From Octopus vulgaris (Eukaryota): 64,000 nt of DNA. This document shows positions 35,844-48,944 of this stretch, piece by piece. Every line of letters starts with the position of its first letter. Position 1 is the stretch's first letter. The stretch spans positions 106,640,001 through 106,704,000 of the forward strand of contig OX597822.1 of NCBI GenBank assembly GCA_951406725.2. The letters are read 5' to 3'. The position numbers were made by a program, and so were the translations under genes. The notes under the pieces are model-generated. The model was not told the origin of the DNA. It made no database searches and saw only the letters and a program-made list of their open reading frames with translations.

Positions 35844-37241
35844 CAGTCAGAGTATTGTGTATTGTAGCATATGAAAATAGTTAAAACAAAAAATATAACA
35901 AAGTTTAATACTTGTTTGATCAGACTATAAGCACCATTTATAGAATGTTAGAAGGTTGAAAAGATTCAAACACTTTTTCATCTTACAGAACTTCAAATTT
36001 CTGTGACTTTACAATGTGGTGGCAGTGGTGGCACCATCAGCAGCATCAGCAATCCTTTCTTCTATAGGCACAAGGCCTGAAATTTTGGGGTTTGAAATTA
36101 GTTGAGTGCATCAACCCCAGTGTTTCACTGGTACTTAATTTATCGATCCTGAAAGGATAAAAGGCAAAGTTGACCTTGGTGGAATTTGAACTCAGTATAT
36201 AAAGATAGACAGAATGTTGCTAAGCATTTTGCCTGGTGTCCTAAAGATTCTCTCATCTCACTTAATAATAATATTAATAATCATCATCATCATCATCATC
36301 ATTAATAATCCGCTTTCCATGCTAGCATGGGTTGGACGGTTCAACTGGGGTCTGGGAAGCCCGAAGGCTGCACCAGGCCAGTCAGATGTGGCAGTGTTTC
36401 TACAGCTGGATGCCCTTCCTAACGCCAACCACTCCGAGAGTGTAGTGGGTGATTTTATGTGCCATCTCTGACACAGGTGCCAGACAGTAGTTGGGGAACA
36501 TCATAGGCACGTGTTGGATGGTGTTTTTTATGTGCCACCGACACAAGGTGCCAGACGAGGCTGGCAGACGGCCACGCTCGGATGGTGTTTTTTATGTGCC
36601 ACCGACACAGGTGCCAGACGAGGCTGGCAGACGGCCACGCTCGGATGGTGTTTTTTATGTGCCACCGACACAGGTGCCAGACGAGGCTGGCAGACGGCCA
36701 CGCTTGGTGTTTTTTATGTGCCACCGACACAGGTGCCAGACGAGGCTGGCAGCCGGCCACGCTCGGATGGTGTTTTCTTATGTGTCACCGACACAGGTGC
36801 TAGACGAGGCTGGCGGACGGCCACGCTCGGATGGTGTTTGTTACGTGCCCTCAGCACGGAGGCCAGTCATTGCGGTACTGGCTACGGTCACGTTCGGATG
36901 GTTTTCTTATGTGCCACCGGCACTGCACCACAAGGATATTACAATAATATTAATAATAATAATAATAATAACATTAATAATGATAATTGTACATTGTTTT
37001 GTCGTGGTATAAAAGACGGGCTACAGGAAATATTCTGCTCAATACCGCAGATTTGTTTGTCAGTTGCCTGATCTTAACCAGTTGAGCATGTCCCTGAGTG
37101 GCTGATGATATGTGCATCTCTGATCATGAGCAGTAGTTGGGGAACATCATAGGCATGTGTTGAGATGGATTTTTTGGGGTTTGAATAATTCACCTCTGGA
37201 AACACAGGTGTGTTTTGTTCATCATCCTTAAACAACCCTTA

Positions 37242-37635
37242 AACATAGACGCAGGAGTGGCTGTGTGGTAAGTAGCTTGCTAACCAACCACATGGTTCCG
37301 GGTTCAGTCCCACTGCGTGGCATCTTGGGCAAGTGTCTTCTGCTATAGCCCCGGGCCGACCAATGCCTTGTGAGTGGATTTGGTAGACGGAAACTGAAAG
37401 AAGCCTGTCGTATATATGTATATATATATGTATGTGTATGTCTGTGTTTGTCCCCCTAGCATTGCTTGACAACCGATGCTGGTGTGTTTACGTCCCCGTC
37501 ACTTAGCGGTTCGGCAAAAGAGACCGATACAATAAGTACTGGGCTTACAAAGAATAAGTCCCAGGGTCGAGTTGCTCGACTAAAGGCGGTACTCCAGCAT
37601 GGCTGCAGTCAAATGACTGAAACATGTAAAAGAGT
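37242..37635 (+). mobile_element. Family B SINE nested in a family F repeat
   Basis: 8-bp TSD AACCCTTA at 37234-37241 and 37636-37643. Confidence 0.8.
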
Positions 37636-39273
37636 AACCCTTATTCAAGAATCTTTTGAGCGGAATGGACTACTCAATCTGAAGAAAATTCTAACAGGGC
37701 CCCACCTACAAGGTTGTGTGCTGTTTATCTTGATATGAGCTCACCATGTTGTGCACATGTAGTTGTGATGTCTGTGCCTGGTGTACCCTTATCAGATGGG
37801 TAGTCATGATGGGTATATTGGGCTTCGTATATTTTTACCCCAGTGTCACTTTGATGGTGTGTGCTGCTCTCTCACTAAATAACAACAACAATAGTAATGG
37901 TTTCAAACTTTATCGCAAGGCCAGCAATTTTAGAGGAGGAGCCAAGTTGATACTTGTTCGTACTTACTGACCCTGAAAGGAGGAAAAGCAAGTCAGCCCC
38001 AGTGGAATTTGAACTCAGAACGTAAAGATAGATGAAATGCTGGTAATTCGAATACATGAACCCCAATGCTCAGTTGGTACTTTTGACTGCGAAAGGATGA
38101 AAAACGGAAAAGCAAAGGCAGCCCTGATGAGATTTGAACTCAGAACATACAGATCCAGAAGAAATGCTGCTAAACATTTTGTCTGACATGCTAATGACTT
38201 TGCCAGCTCACTGCATAATGATGATAATAATAATGATGGGCAGCTCTCATAGGTTCTGATCTTAACTGATAGAAAGTGTTATCATTTACATGTTTTGTCT
38301 TGGTGTAAAAGATGGGCTACAGCAAATATTCTGCCCAATACCACAAATTTACTTGTCCTTTGCTCGACCGTAGCCACTTGAGCATGTCACTTAGTGGCTG
38401 ATATGAGCATCTCTGATCATGAGCAGGAGTAGTTTGGGAGTATCATAATAATAAAAATAATCATAATAATAATAATAATCATCATCATCGTTTAACGTCC
38501 GCTTTCCATACTAGCATGGGTTGGACGATTTTGACTGAGGACTGGCAAACCAGATGGTTGCACCAGGCTCCAATCTTGATTTGGCAGAGTTTCTACAGCT
38601 GGCTGCCCTTCCTAACGCCAACCACTACGAGGGTGTAGTGGGTGCTTTTTACGTACCACCGGCACGGAGGGCCAGTCAGGCAGTACTGGCAACGACCTCG
38701 CTCAAATCTTTTTACACATGCCACCAGCACAAGTGCCAGTAAGGCGACGTTGGTAACGATCACGCTCGAATGGTGCCCTTTTACGTGCCAATAATAATAA
38801 TGATAATAAAAATAATATATTTTCATAATAATAATAATAGTTCTTTCTACTAAAAGCACAAGGCCTGAAATTTTGAAGGAGGAGACTAGTCAATTTCATT
38901 GACCCCAGTGTTTCACTGGTACTTAATTTATTGACTCTGAAAGGATGAAAGTTGACCATGGCAGAATTTGATCTCAGAATTTAAAGACGAATGAAATGCC
39001 ACTAAGCATTTGCTCATCATGCACATATGGTTGTGATGCATGTACCTGGAGTACCCTTATCAGACAGGTAGTCATGAGGGGTATATTGAGCTTCATATAT
39101 TTGTACCCCAGTGTCACTTTGATGGCATGAACTGCTCTCTCACTCAATAATAATAATAATAACAATAATAGTAACGATGATGTTGAGAAGGAAAGAAGAA
39201 ATAATACTACCATGAAAAGTTTTGTTCTTTGTTATTCATTGTTTGTTGTCTTTCTCTTAAGGTTGGAATCAAG

Positions 39274-39407
39274 ATGGGTGAGAATACACCTCTGTATTTT
39301 AAGGAGAACATCAGCAAATACCAAATCCCTTTGGATCATATAGATTTTGGTTACATCAAGAAATGCAAGGATGTAAAAGAGTTAGAAAAAATCTACAAAC
39401 TTCTACG
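39274..39407 (+). CDS. SPAG1: SPAG1/DNAAF13 start-codon exon, copy 1 (exon 39262-39407)
   Basis: MGENTPLYFKENISKYQIPLDHIDFGYIKKCKDVKELEKIYKLL(R) resembles SPAG1 KIPIEHLDFKYIEKCSDVKHLEKILCVLR. Acceptor ctcttaag at 39261, donor CG|gtatgt. Confidence 0.75.
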
Positions 39408-39413
39408 GTATGT

Positions 39414-39880
39414 ATGGGCTACAGCAAATATTCTGCTCAATACCACAGATTTGCTTGTCAGTTGTTTGACCTTAACCAGTTGAGCATGTCCCTTAGTGGC
39501 TTGACGATACGTGCATCTCTGATCACAAGCAGAAGTAGTGGGAGAGCATCATAGCTCATATGATTGAGAGGGATTCTTAGAGGTTTGGATAATTCACCTC
39601 TGGAAACATTGGTGGTTCGTTCAACATCCTTAAACAATCCTTATTCAGGGACCTTTTGAGCAGGATGGGCTACTCGACCTGAAGAAAATTCTAACTGGGC
39701 CCCACCTGCAAGGTCATGTGCTGTTTATCATGATATGAGATCACCATGCTCGCGCAACGATATGGTTGTGACGCATGTGTCTAGTGTGCCCTTATCAGAC
39801 GGGTAGTCATGATGGGTATGCTGGGCTTCGTATATTTTGTCCCAGTGTCACTTTGATGGCATGCACTGCTCTCTCACTCA
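39414..39880 (+). mobile_element. 5'-truncated family F repeat between the duplicated SPAG1 exons
   Basis: Begins atgggctacagcaaatattctg and ends ctgctctctcactc(aat)n. Confidence 0.82.
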
Positions 39881-40007
39881 ATAATAATAATAATAACAAT
39901 AATAGTAACGATGATGTTGAGAAGGAAAGAAGAAATAATACTACCATGAAAAGTTTTGTTCTTTGTTATTCATTGTTTGTTGTCTTTCTCTTAAGGTTGG
40001 AATCAAG

Positions 40008-40141
40008 ATGGGTGAGAATACACCTCTGTATTTTAAGGAGAACATCAGCAAATACCAAATCCCTTTGGATCATATAGATTTTGGTTACATCAAGAAATGC
40101 AAGGATGTAAAAGAGTTAGAAAAAATCTACAAACTTCTACG
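40008..40141 (+). CDS. SPAG1: SPAG1/DNAAF13 start-codon exon, copy 2 (exon 39996-40141)
   Basis: Identical to copy 1, including both splice sites; phase 2 joins the exon at 51491. Confidence 0.8.
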
Positions 40142-42269
40142 GTATGTATCATCATCATTGTCATTGTCAATTTTCATCATCATCATCGTTTAACGTCCGC
40201 TTTCCATGCTAGCATGGGTTGAACAATTTGACTGAGGACTGGCGAACCAGATGGCTGCGCCAAGCTCCAGTCTGATCTGGTAGAGGTTCTATAGCTGGAT
40301 GCCCTTCCTAACACCAACCCTCCGAGAGTGTAGTGGGTGCTTTTATGTGCCACCAGCACGGAGGCCAGTCAGGTGGTACTGGCAACGACCTCGCTTGAAT
40401 CTTTTTACACATGCTCTGGCAACGATCACGCTTGGATGGTGCTCTTAGCACCCTACTAGCACGGGGCACAAGTGCCAGTAAGGCGATGCTGGTAACAATC
40501 ACACTCGAATGGTGCCTTACAGATGATGATATGGATGTACACATGGTTGTATGTAAAAAAAAAAGTAAAGGTTACCTTCTCGAGTCGTGTCAACTCATAA
40601 GGGTCAGTTTCCTGGTTTCCATGACGTATAAATTCCCCACTTGGTCACGATGCCAGTCCGTCGCAGTGTTACTCATTTTTGCCAGCTGAGTGGACTGGAG
40701 CAACGTGAAACGAAGTGTTTTGCTCGAGAACACAACGCGTCGCACGGTCCAGGAATTGAAACCACAATCTTATGATCACGAGTGTAACACCCTAACCACT
40801 AAGCCACACACCTCCACTATATGCATCTAATCTGTCTCCACATGATTTTGAGTACACTTTGCTTAGACAGCAATAATAATCATTGTCATCATCATCATCT
40901 GCTTTCCAAGCTGGCATGGATTGGATGGTTTGTTTGAGGACTGGCAAGCCTGGAGGCTGCACCAGGCTCAAATCTGATCTGGCAAGCTGGATGCCCTTCC
41001 TAATGCCAACCACTCCAAGAGTGTAGGGGTGCTTTTTACCTGCCACCAGCATGAGGGCCAGTCAGGTGGCACTGGCATGGGGGCCAGTCAGATGGCACTG
41101 GCATTGACCATGCTCGTATGGTGCTTTTTACTTGCCACTAGCATGGGTGTCAGTCAGTTGGTACTGGCATCAGCGATGACAATGATTTCGCTTGACTCAA
41201 CAGGTCTTCTCAAGCACAGTATATTACCCAATGATTGAAGGGTACTTTCAAATGGGCCGATTATGCGACACTGGCATAATGTTTTTATATATCTTTCATA
41301 AACAGTATGCCTTACAGCTGATAGGTTTGACCCTACATGTCATCATCATCATTTATTGTCTGTTTTCCATGCTGGCATGGGTTGGATAGTTTGATTGGTG
41401 CTGTTAAGGCTAAGGTCCATACCAGGTTCCATTGTCTGTTCTGGCATGGTTTCTGTGGCTGGATGCCCTTCCTAACACCGACCACTCCACAGAGTATACT
41501 GGATTCTTTTAACATGGCACCAGCATGAGTGTTTTTAATGTGGCACCAGCACCAATATCAAATCTGCTTTGGTGGAGCAAGTGCAAAGATGTGTGAGGGT
41601 ATTCCTGTCCAAAGGTGAGGGTATTCCTATCCAAAGGAATTAGGGGGAGCAAATGTAAAGATGGACAGATAAGGGAAAAAAAGTAAACCAGTTCCCGGAC
41701 CTACAAAGGAGAGGGATGTGTAGGTAATAAAGCAGTTGTAAAAAAAAGATAATAGATGTCTTCCGTTGTGGATGGTCAAATTTTACCAGAAGGGAGACCT
41801 GTCACTGTCTAGTGTTAATGCAAGAAATAGATGCCACGCTAGCAAACAAAAGATTTAAGATTTGCAGTTTAAAAACTAAGGTTGAAACTTAATATTATAA
41901 AAATAAATAAAAATGATTAAAAAACAATTAAAAATAAAGTTAAAACTTGAAATTAAATTAAGATTACAAATAAAATGAAGACTATGAAATGAGTTTCTGT
42001 AGTGTTAATGAAGATAAGCCTGGTGCAGCCTCCTGGCTTTCCAGACCCCGGTCGAACCGTCCAACCCATGCTAGCATGGAAAATGGACGTTAAACGATGA
42101 TGATGATAATTGCTGAAACCTGTAGAACTATGGGCATAAAGAGTTTATGTATACATGTAGAGAAGGTTTTGTGCTGTTTATTTACTTAGTAACAGTGAAT
42201 GGGTTATGTATGTGGAAGTGGCAGACTTTGTGACTAAGCTAGATATTAGATAATCTGAATTTTAATTTT

Positions 42270-43528
42270 TTTTACACTTAGACCTTTGGAAAAATTTGTG
42301 TTTACTGGTGGAGAATGCTTTGTTTTGCTTATTAAGTAAGTGTGTAGGGTTATGTAATAATATCTACAAGAGTGCTAGTGCCACGTAAAAAGCATCTAGT
42401 CCATACTGTAAAGTGATAGGCATTTGGAAGGGCATCCAGCTGTAAAAACCATGCCAAAGCTGACTTCGCCTGTGCTGGTGCCATGTAAAAAGCATTCAGT
42501 ACATTCTGTGGGATAGTTGGTGTTATGAATGGCATCCAGCTGTAAAAACCTTGCCAAAACTGACCTTGCCTGTGCTGGTGCCATGTAAAAAGCATTCAGT
42601 CCACTCTGCAGAGTGGTTGGTGTTAGGAATGGCATCCAGCTGTAAAGGACGAAGCCAAAACAGACACAGAAGTCTGGTGCAGTCTTCTTCCTGGTCAGCT
42701 CCTGTCAAACCACCCAACCCATGCCAACATGGAAGGTGGATGTTAAAGGATGATGATGATGATTCTTTTAGGTATAGCCAACAAGTAGTATATTGGTCCT
42801 GGTATGGGAGGCCAGAATCTACGATAGACTAGGATATGCTGTAAGGTATCTTCATTTTCATAAGGTAATACACAATGTCATCTAGAGAAGTAGATTTGCT
42901 ATGCTTTTCATACATAAGTGAATTTAGATGTGCTGAATACTGATGCTAGAGATTAATTGTAGATCCAATATAGTAGTTAGAATTGTGAAGTGTATTATGA
43001 ACTATGCATTTGTAAACCACATTAAACCTTCTGCAATGAGTTTGCAAAGGACATTCATTTGTAGACTTGCAACTGCAACCAAACCTATTTGGTATGAAGG
43101 AATTTCCTGTACACAGATTGGATGTTGTACTATTAGAGGGCATACTCCTAGTATATTTGTTATTATCGATATTGTTTGTACCTATAATGCATGGGTTAAT
43201 AAATGAGATTATAGATATTCTAGGTTCCAGGGAAAGACTAAGCATGGTAGTATTGATTTTTAGCAGAGTTATCTTACTATTCTGGAAATCAAAGTCATTC
43301 TTGCAGCTAGAAAGACCTTGGTTACCTTTGATATTGAACTTAGGTACAGGGCATCACATAATAATTTCTTCTGTTGATGTCTTCAACATAATCAATTCTG
43401 AGAGATGGATTAGTGGGAAAGTGCAATTGATAAAAATGACTTGTAGTATTTGTTCTTATCTTCTGGACTATATATTCAACCCTTTAACTGCAAAGTTAAA
43501 TTTCATGGTTATTCCTGAAATTATTTAA
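42270..43528 (-). mobile_element. Degenerate Penelope-like element ORF remnant (GIY-YIG endonuclease region), interrupted by a family A-like repeat at 42371-42761
   Basis: CSCKSTNECPLQTHC..NVVYKCIV...YYIGST, then Y.AH..S...EKH..ST.L...Y.L, PY......C.L and LLNK....S..KHK motifs; multiple stops. Confidence 0.7.
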
Positions 43529-45313
43529 AATCATCATCATCATCATCATTTAGCGTCCGTTTTCCATGCTAGCATGGGTTGGACGGTTTAACTGGGGTCT
43601 GTGAAGCCGGAAGGCTTCATCAGGCCCAGTCAGATTTGGCAGTGTTTCTACGGCTGGATGCCCTTCCTAACGCCAACCACTCCGCGAGTGTAGTGGGTGT
43701 TTTTTACGTGCCACCTGCACAGATGCCAGACAGAGCTGGCACAACGGCCACGAACGGATGGTGCTTTTACGTGTCACCGGCACGGGGCCAGCCGAGGCTG
43801 GCAACGAACACGAGCGGATGGTGCTTTTACGTGCCACCGACACGGGGCCAGACAGAGCTGGCAAACGGCCTACAAAAAAAACAGAATTGGTATTTTCTGT
43901 AAGTCATGGTGCCTCAATAAACTTGACATATCTCAGCAAAAATTTATTTCAAACATGGCATTCCTCAACGAAAGATAGATTAGTATATAAAACCGCTCTC
44001 TGGAGTTAAGGCTAACGAAATTTTAAGTGGATATACCTGAATTCCACAGTAAAAGGATTAAGTTGATACATGTTAATAAATGTTAAATTTGTGCATGTAA
44101 ACAATGTTAAATGTATGTAAATAAATGTTAATTTATGTAATTAAATGATAATTTTATGCATATAAATAAATGTTGAATTTATGCATGGAAATAAATATCA
44201 ATTTATGCATGTAAATAAATGATAAATCTCTTCAATGAATCCAGTGTATGAGTTGTGATTTTGCAATCGTTTGAGCAAAGGACAAATTGCCTTGTAGTGT
44301 TTAGGTTCTCTGTGTTCTGAGTTCAAATCTTACTGAGGTCAGTTTTATGTTTCATGCTTTTGAGGGTGATAAAATAAAGTATGAATGCAAGACAATAGAT
44401 TGGTGGAATTCATACTTTATTTATTGACTCTGAAGAAATGAAAGAGGTCAAACTTGGTGGGATTTGAACTTGTAGTGCAGAGAGCTGTAACGAACCATGG
44501 TAGGGTATTGTGATTCACTAATAACTCTGCCAGTTTGCTGTTCTTTGCAGGAATATGACATCTGGTGGTGATTGGATATGAAACTGATTTTTTTTTGCCA
44601 GTGCCGCCTCGACTGGCCTCTGTGCCGGTGGCACGTAAAAGGCACCAACTGATCGTGGCCGTTGCCAGCCTCGCCTGGCACCTGTGCCAGTGGCACATAA
44701 AAAGCATCCACTACACTCACGGAGTGGTTGGCATTAGGAAGGGCATCCAGCTGTAGAAACACTGCCAGATCAGACTGGGCCTGGTGCAGCTTCTGGCTTC
44801 CCAGACTCCAGTCGAACCGTCCAACCCATGCTAGCATGGAAAGCGGACGTTAAGCGACGATGATGATGATGATATGTCTCATGGATTTTCTGGGGTGCAT
44901 CATCGGTGATATTTCTTTGGACCTTAGTGGTTTTCTTGGTCCCCAACTTGCCTAGTTCACCCAACCAGGGTTAATCAAGTCCTAGATTGCATCCCAGTAG
45001 TGGCAAATCACTGATCTGCCCTCTTTATCCAATTCCACATAGTGGCCTTCTCTACAGATTCAGTCATGGAATTTATGGCCCTTCTCTTAGCTGCACCAAT
45101 AACTCCAAGCCAAGTCAGAGCTTTGTAGAATAAAAGCACCACAAAACCTCAGCAGCTCACTTCAGTTGCTCACAACATGATAGTTGGCCCTGGTTTCTGC
45201 ACCGTTCTGTCAGCTTTTGGTATTTGGCAAGCTTTCTCTTATGAAAACAGCACAGATGTAATTATTAAAAAAGTAAATGTATCATCTAATTAGTTTGTTA
45301 ATTTATAGTCATA

Positions 45314-45647
45314 CTAGCAGGGTTTGTAAGGGAAATAACTATATAAGCATTTTTAGAGAGTTATAGCCAAAAAATAGCAAAAAAATGCATTAAAAATGGA
45401 AAAAAAATGATGGTGAATCTTTTTAAAAATCGTTGACTCATCGTAGACATTTTTAGAGAGTTACTTCCCTTATATAATAGCGAAAAAATGCATTAAAATG
45501 GAAAAAAATTATGGTAAATTTTTTTTTAAATCATAGACTCATCGTAGACGCATGCTAATACCCAGAAGAGCTCGATATGAATCACGACTATAAGATACCC
45601 AGTTTTGGTTAAACTGCACCGCAAAACTTGACTTTTATATATAAAGA
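45314..45647 (-). mobile_element. Non-autonomous Helitron, same family as 6423-6822
   Basis: A|TC...CTAG|T on the minus strand; 3' hairpin deleted. Confidence 0.75.
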
Positions 45648-46877
45648 TTTAACAACTCATGTCAGGGTTAATGTGTTGAGTTCATGATGATGATGATGAG
45701 TCCAAAATTTCCTACATTAATATTTTGTGTCTATAGGCTATGGATATATCTCTGCTAATCCTTGCTTGCTTAGTGATAACATGGCTTTTTGTTCTTTAAC
45801 TCAATGATTTTTGTGTGTGACCTCCTTCGGTAATGAATGTCCATGGAATTGCACCTAGAAAGTTACCCTCCGAGGTACAAGTCTGGGCAAGGTTCTTTAT
45901 GGAAGACCAGCAGTCGCCCACTCATACCAGCCTCCCCTCTCTACGCCACCGATGTTATCCAAGGGAAAGGCAAAGGCCGATACAGCTTGGCACCAGTGAC
46001 GTCGCAACTCATTTATTAACGTGCAAGTGGCTGAGCACGCCACAGACACGTGTACCCTTAACATAGTTCTCGAGGAGATTCAGTGTGACACAGTGTGTGA
46101 CAAGGCTGGCCCTTTGAAATACAGGTACAACAGAAAGAGTGAGAGAAAGTTGTGGTGAAAGAGTACAGCAGGGTTCACCACCATCCCCTGCCAGAGCCTC
46201 GTGGAGCTTTAGGTGTTTTCGCTCAATAAACACTCACAATGCCCGGTCTGGGAATCGAAACCGCGATCATACGACCGCGAGTCTGCTGCCCTAACCACTG
46301 GGCCATTGCGCCTCCACAATTCAATGATTAAGTAGTTAACAAGATATACATTTAGCTGAAAGAAGCAATACAGGAATGTCCATCATGATCATCATCATTT
46401 TTTAATATCCTCTTTACATGTGTTGGACAATTTGACCCCATTCAACAGGTTGGAGAGATGTCTTCCTCCAATATTTCATTTTTGACATGACTTTTTTTAT
46501 GCCTGCATGTCCTTCCTAACACTAACCACTTTACAAAATATACTGGGTGCATTTTTCATGGCACCAGCACTGCAGAGGTTACCTTGTTATCAGCAAGACA
46601 GCTTTGTTAAGCCTTGCATTGCTGTTGCTGGATTGATTACCAAACAGATTTATGAAAAACATCCTGTCTGTACTAACATAGGAAAACTGATGTAAAATAA
46701 AAAATAAAATAACTTACAGTATAAAAGGGTATGGACCCCCTTCAGTCATAAATGACCGTTGAATTGTACCTTGAAAGTTACTCTCCAAGGCACAAGTCTG
46801 GGCAAGGTTATTTATAGAAGACTAGCAGTTGCCAATGCATACCAGCCTCCTTACTTCATACCACCAATGTTATTTAA

Positions 46878-47098
46878 CCCTTTAGTGTTTAAACCGGCCA
46901 AATCCGGCCCAATATATTCTACATGTTTTATATTCAAACTGGCGATATCTAGCCTCTCACTCCTAACCTACAATGCCATTCTGAAAATAAGTAATCACAT
47001 CATTGAAACCTCAAAGCAATAAGATAATGCATGATTAATTCAAAACAATTTGAATGAAAAAGTATTACATTTAACAGAGTGTTCTGAACACTAAAGGG
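46878..47098. mobile_element. piggyBac-type MITE
   Basis: TIRs CCCTTTAGTGTT / AACACTAAAGGG with TTAA on both sides, nested in a SINE-like repeat. Confidence 0.8.
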
Positions 47099-48755
47099 TT
47101 AAGGAAAATGTAAAGGCTGATACAGCTTGGCATCACTGACATCACAACTCATTTCTGCGGTTGAGTGAACTGGAGCAATGTGAAATAAAGTGTCTTGCTC
47201 AAGAACACAACACACAACCTGGTCCAGGAATTGAACTCACTACCTCATGAGTGTGAGCTTGACACTCTAACCACTGAGCTATGTACCTTTATTATCTTAA
47301 AGTTTAGAATTTGTAAAATATGGTAGCTGGTCGAGTTGACTGCTGTGGTATAAAGGCGGTGAGCTGGCAGAAACGTTAGCACGCCGGGCGAAATGCTTAG
47401 CGGTATTTTGTCTACCACTACGTTCTGAGTTCAAATTCCGCCAAGGTTGACTTTGCCTTTCATCCTTTCGCGGTCAATTAAATAAGTACCAGTTATGCAC
47501 TGGGGTCGATGTAATCGACTTAATCCGTTTGTCTGTCCTTGTTTGTCCTTTCTGTGTTTAGCCCCTTGAGGGTAGTAAAGAAATAGGTATATTAGCTGAA
47601 GAATTTGTTTGTATTGTCACCTGCATTGCACCGTGTTCCTGCATGCTGTCATTTCTCAGCCAGTCTTAACTATAATTAGTTATAATTAGGACATAGGACA
47701 AAATGTTTCACTGTAATAGTTCTGATCCCTGCATTTTGAGTTCAAATCTCACTGCGGTAATCCTTACATTTTTGTGGGTTTGATAAATTAAAGTACCCAA
47801 GCCAAGGCAGTAGACTGACAGAATTTGTTATAGTGTCACACTAGATGCTGTGTATTACTTTCTGTGTTTTTTGGTGGGGGGTACACTTGCTCCATCTCCC
47901 AGTTTAACACTAGTACCATCTGGTCCTTAGGGGCTGTTAGCAAAAGTCATTCTGTTGCAAGCACTTGGACCAGGTGAGAATAACTATTTCACTTCCTCTC
48001 ATCAGTAAGCACTTCTCTTCTTCTCACCATTCTTGGATGCTCCAAGAAAACCTGACTAAGTGGTAAAAAACAAAAAATAACTATAGGTGTAGGTGTGGCT
48101 TTGTGGTTAAGAAGCTTGCTTTCCCAACTATGTGGTCTTGGGTTCAGTCCCATCGCATTGCACCTTGGGGAAGAGTCTTCTACAATAACCTTGGGCTGAC
48201 CAAAGCCTGGAGAGTGGATTTGGAAGATGGAAGCTGAAAGAAGTGTGTGTTTGTGTGTACCCTCGTGCTAAGCCGATAGGAAGCGTCGATGCTTCCTAGG
48301 GCTAAACAGTGATGGTGTAATTCCCTTTACGGGACTGTCACCTTATGTTGACAGTATACAGCCACTCTATTGCTCCACCACCGCTCATGTCTCTTTGAGA
48401 CATTTAGAAATTCAATATTTCTAATTACGGTGACCAGTGAATAGATTTCATCATCATCATCATCATTTAACGTCCGTTTTCCATGCTAGCATGGGTTGGA
48501 CGGTTCGATCGGGGATCTGGGAAGCCAGAAGGCTGCACCAGGCTCCAGTCTTATCTGGCAATGTTTCTACAGCTGGATGCCCTTCCGAACGCCAACCACT
48601 CCGTGAGTGTAGTGAGTGCTTTTTACGTGCCACCTGCACAGGTGCCAGGCGAGGCTGGCATTGGCCACGGTTGGATTGGTGCATTTTACGTGCCACTGGC
48701 ACATATATATATTTGTGAAGGCTAGACTGGCACCTCAGTCAGCAGATCTCACAAT

Positions 48756-48802
48756 CCTGGGCTGATGACGGGTTAAGACCCAGAAACATGCATGTCCTCA
48801 GG
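48756..48802 (+). ncRNA. Type I hammerhead ribozyme with extended stem I
   Basis: CCTGGG-CTGATGA-c-GGGT-taag-ACCC-a-GAAA-CATGCATG-TC-CTCAGG. Full catalytic core, 6-bp stem I, GUC triplet; predicted cleavage after 48796. Confidence 0.88.
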
Positions 48803-48944
48803 TGTGAATCTTGGCTAGTGGGGGTGCTTGCCTCCCCTTCACAAATATAAGGACACAGGAAATGTGTCAAAGCCGGCAGGAAGTGTCGATGCTTCCTAGG
48901 GCTAAACAGCGGTGGTGTGATTCCCATACGGGACTGTCACGTTA

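Noticed and set aside
36520-36900. Regularly spaced repeats resembling a CRISPR array
   Set aside because: No unique spacers, no cas genes, eukaryotic context; this is the internal VNTR of family A.
46240-46318. tRNA-like cloverleaf (also near 5932, 17546, 52066)
   Set aside because: These are SINE heads continuing into repeat bodies, without a proper acceptor stem or terminator.
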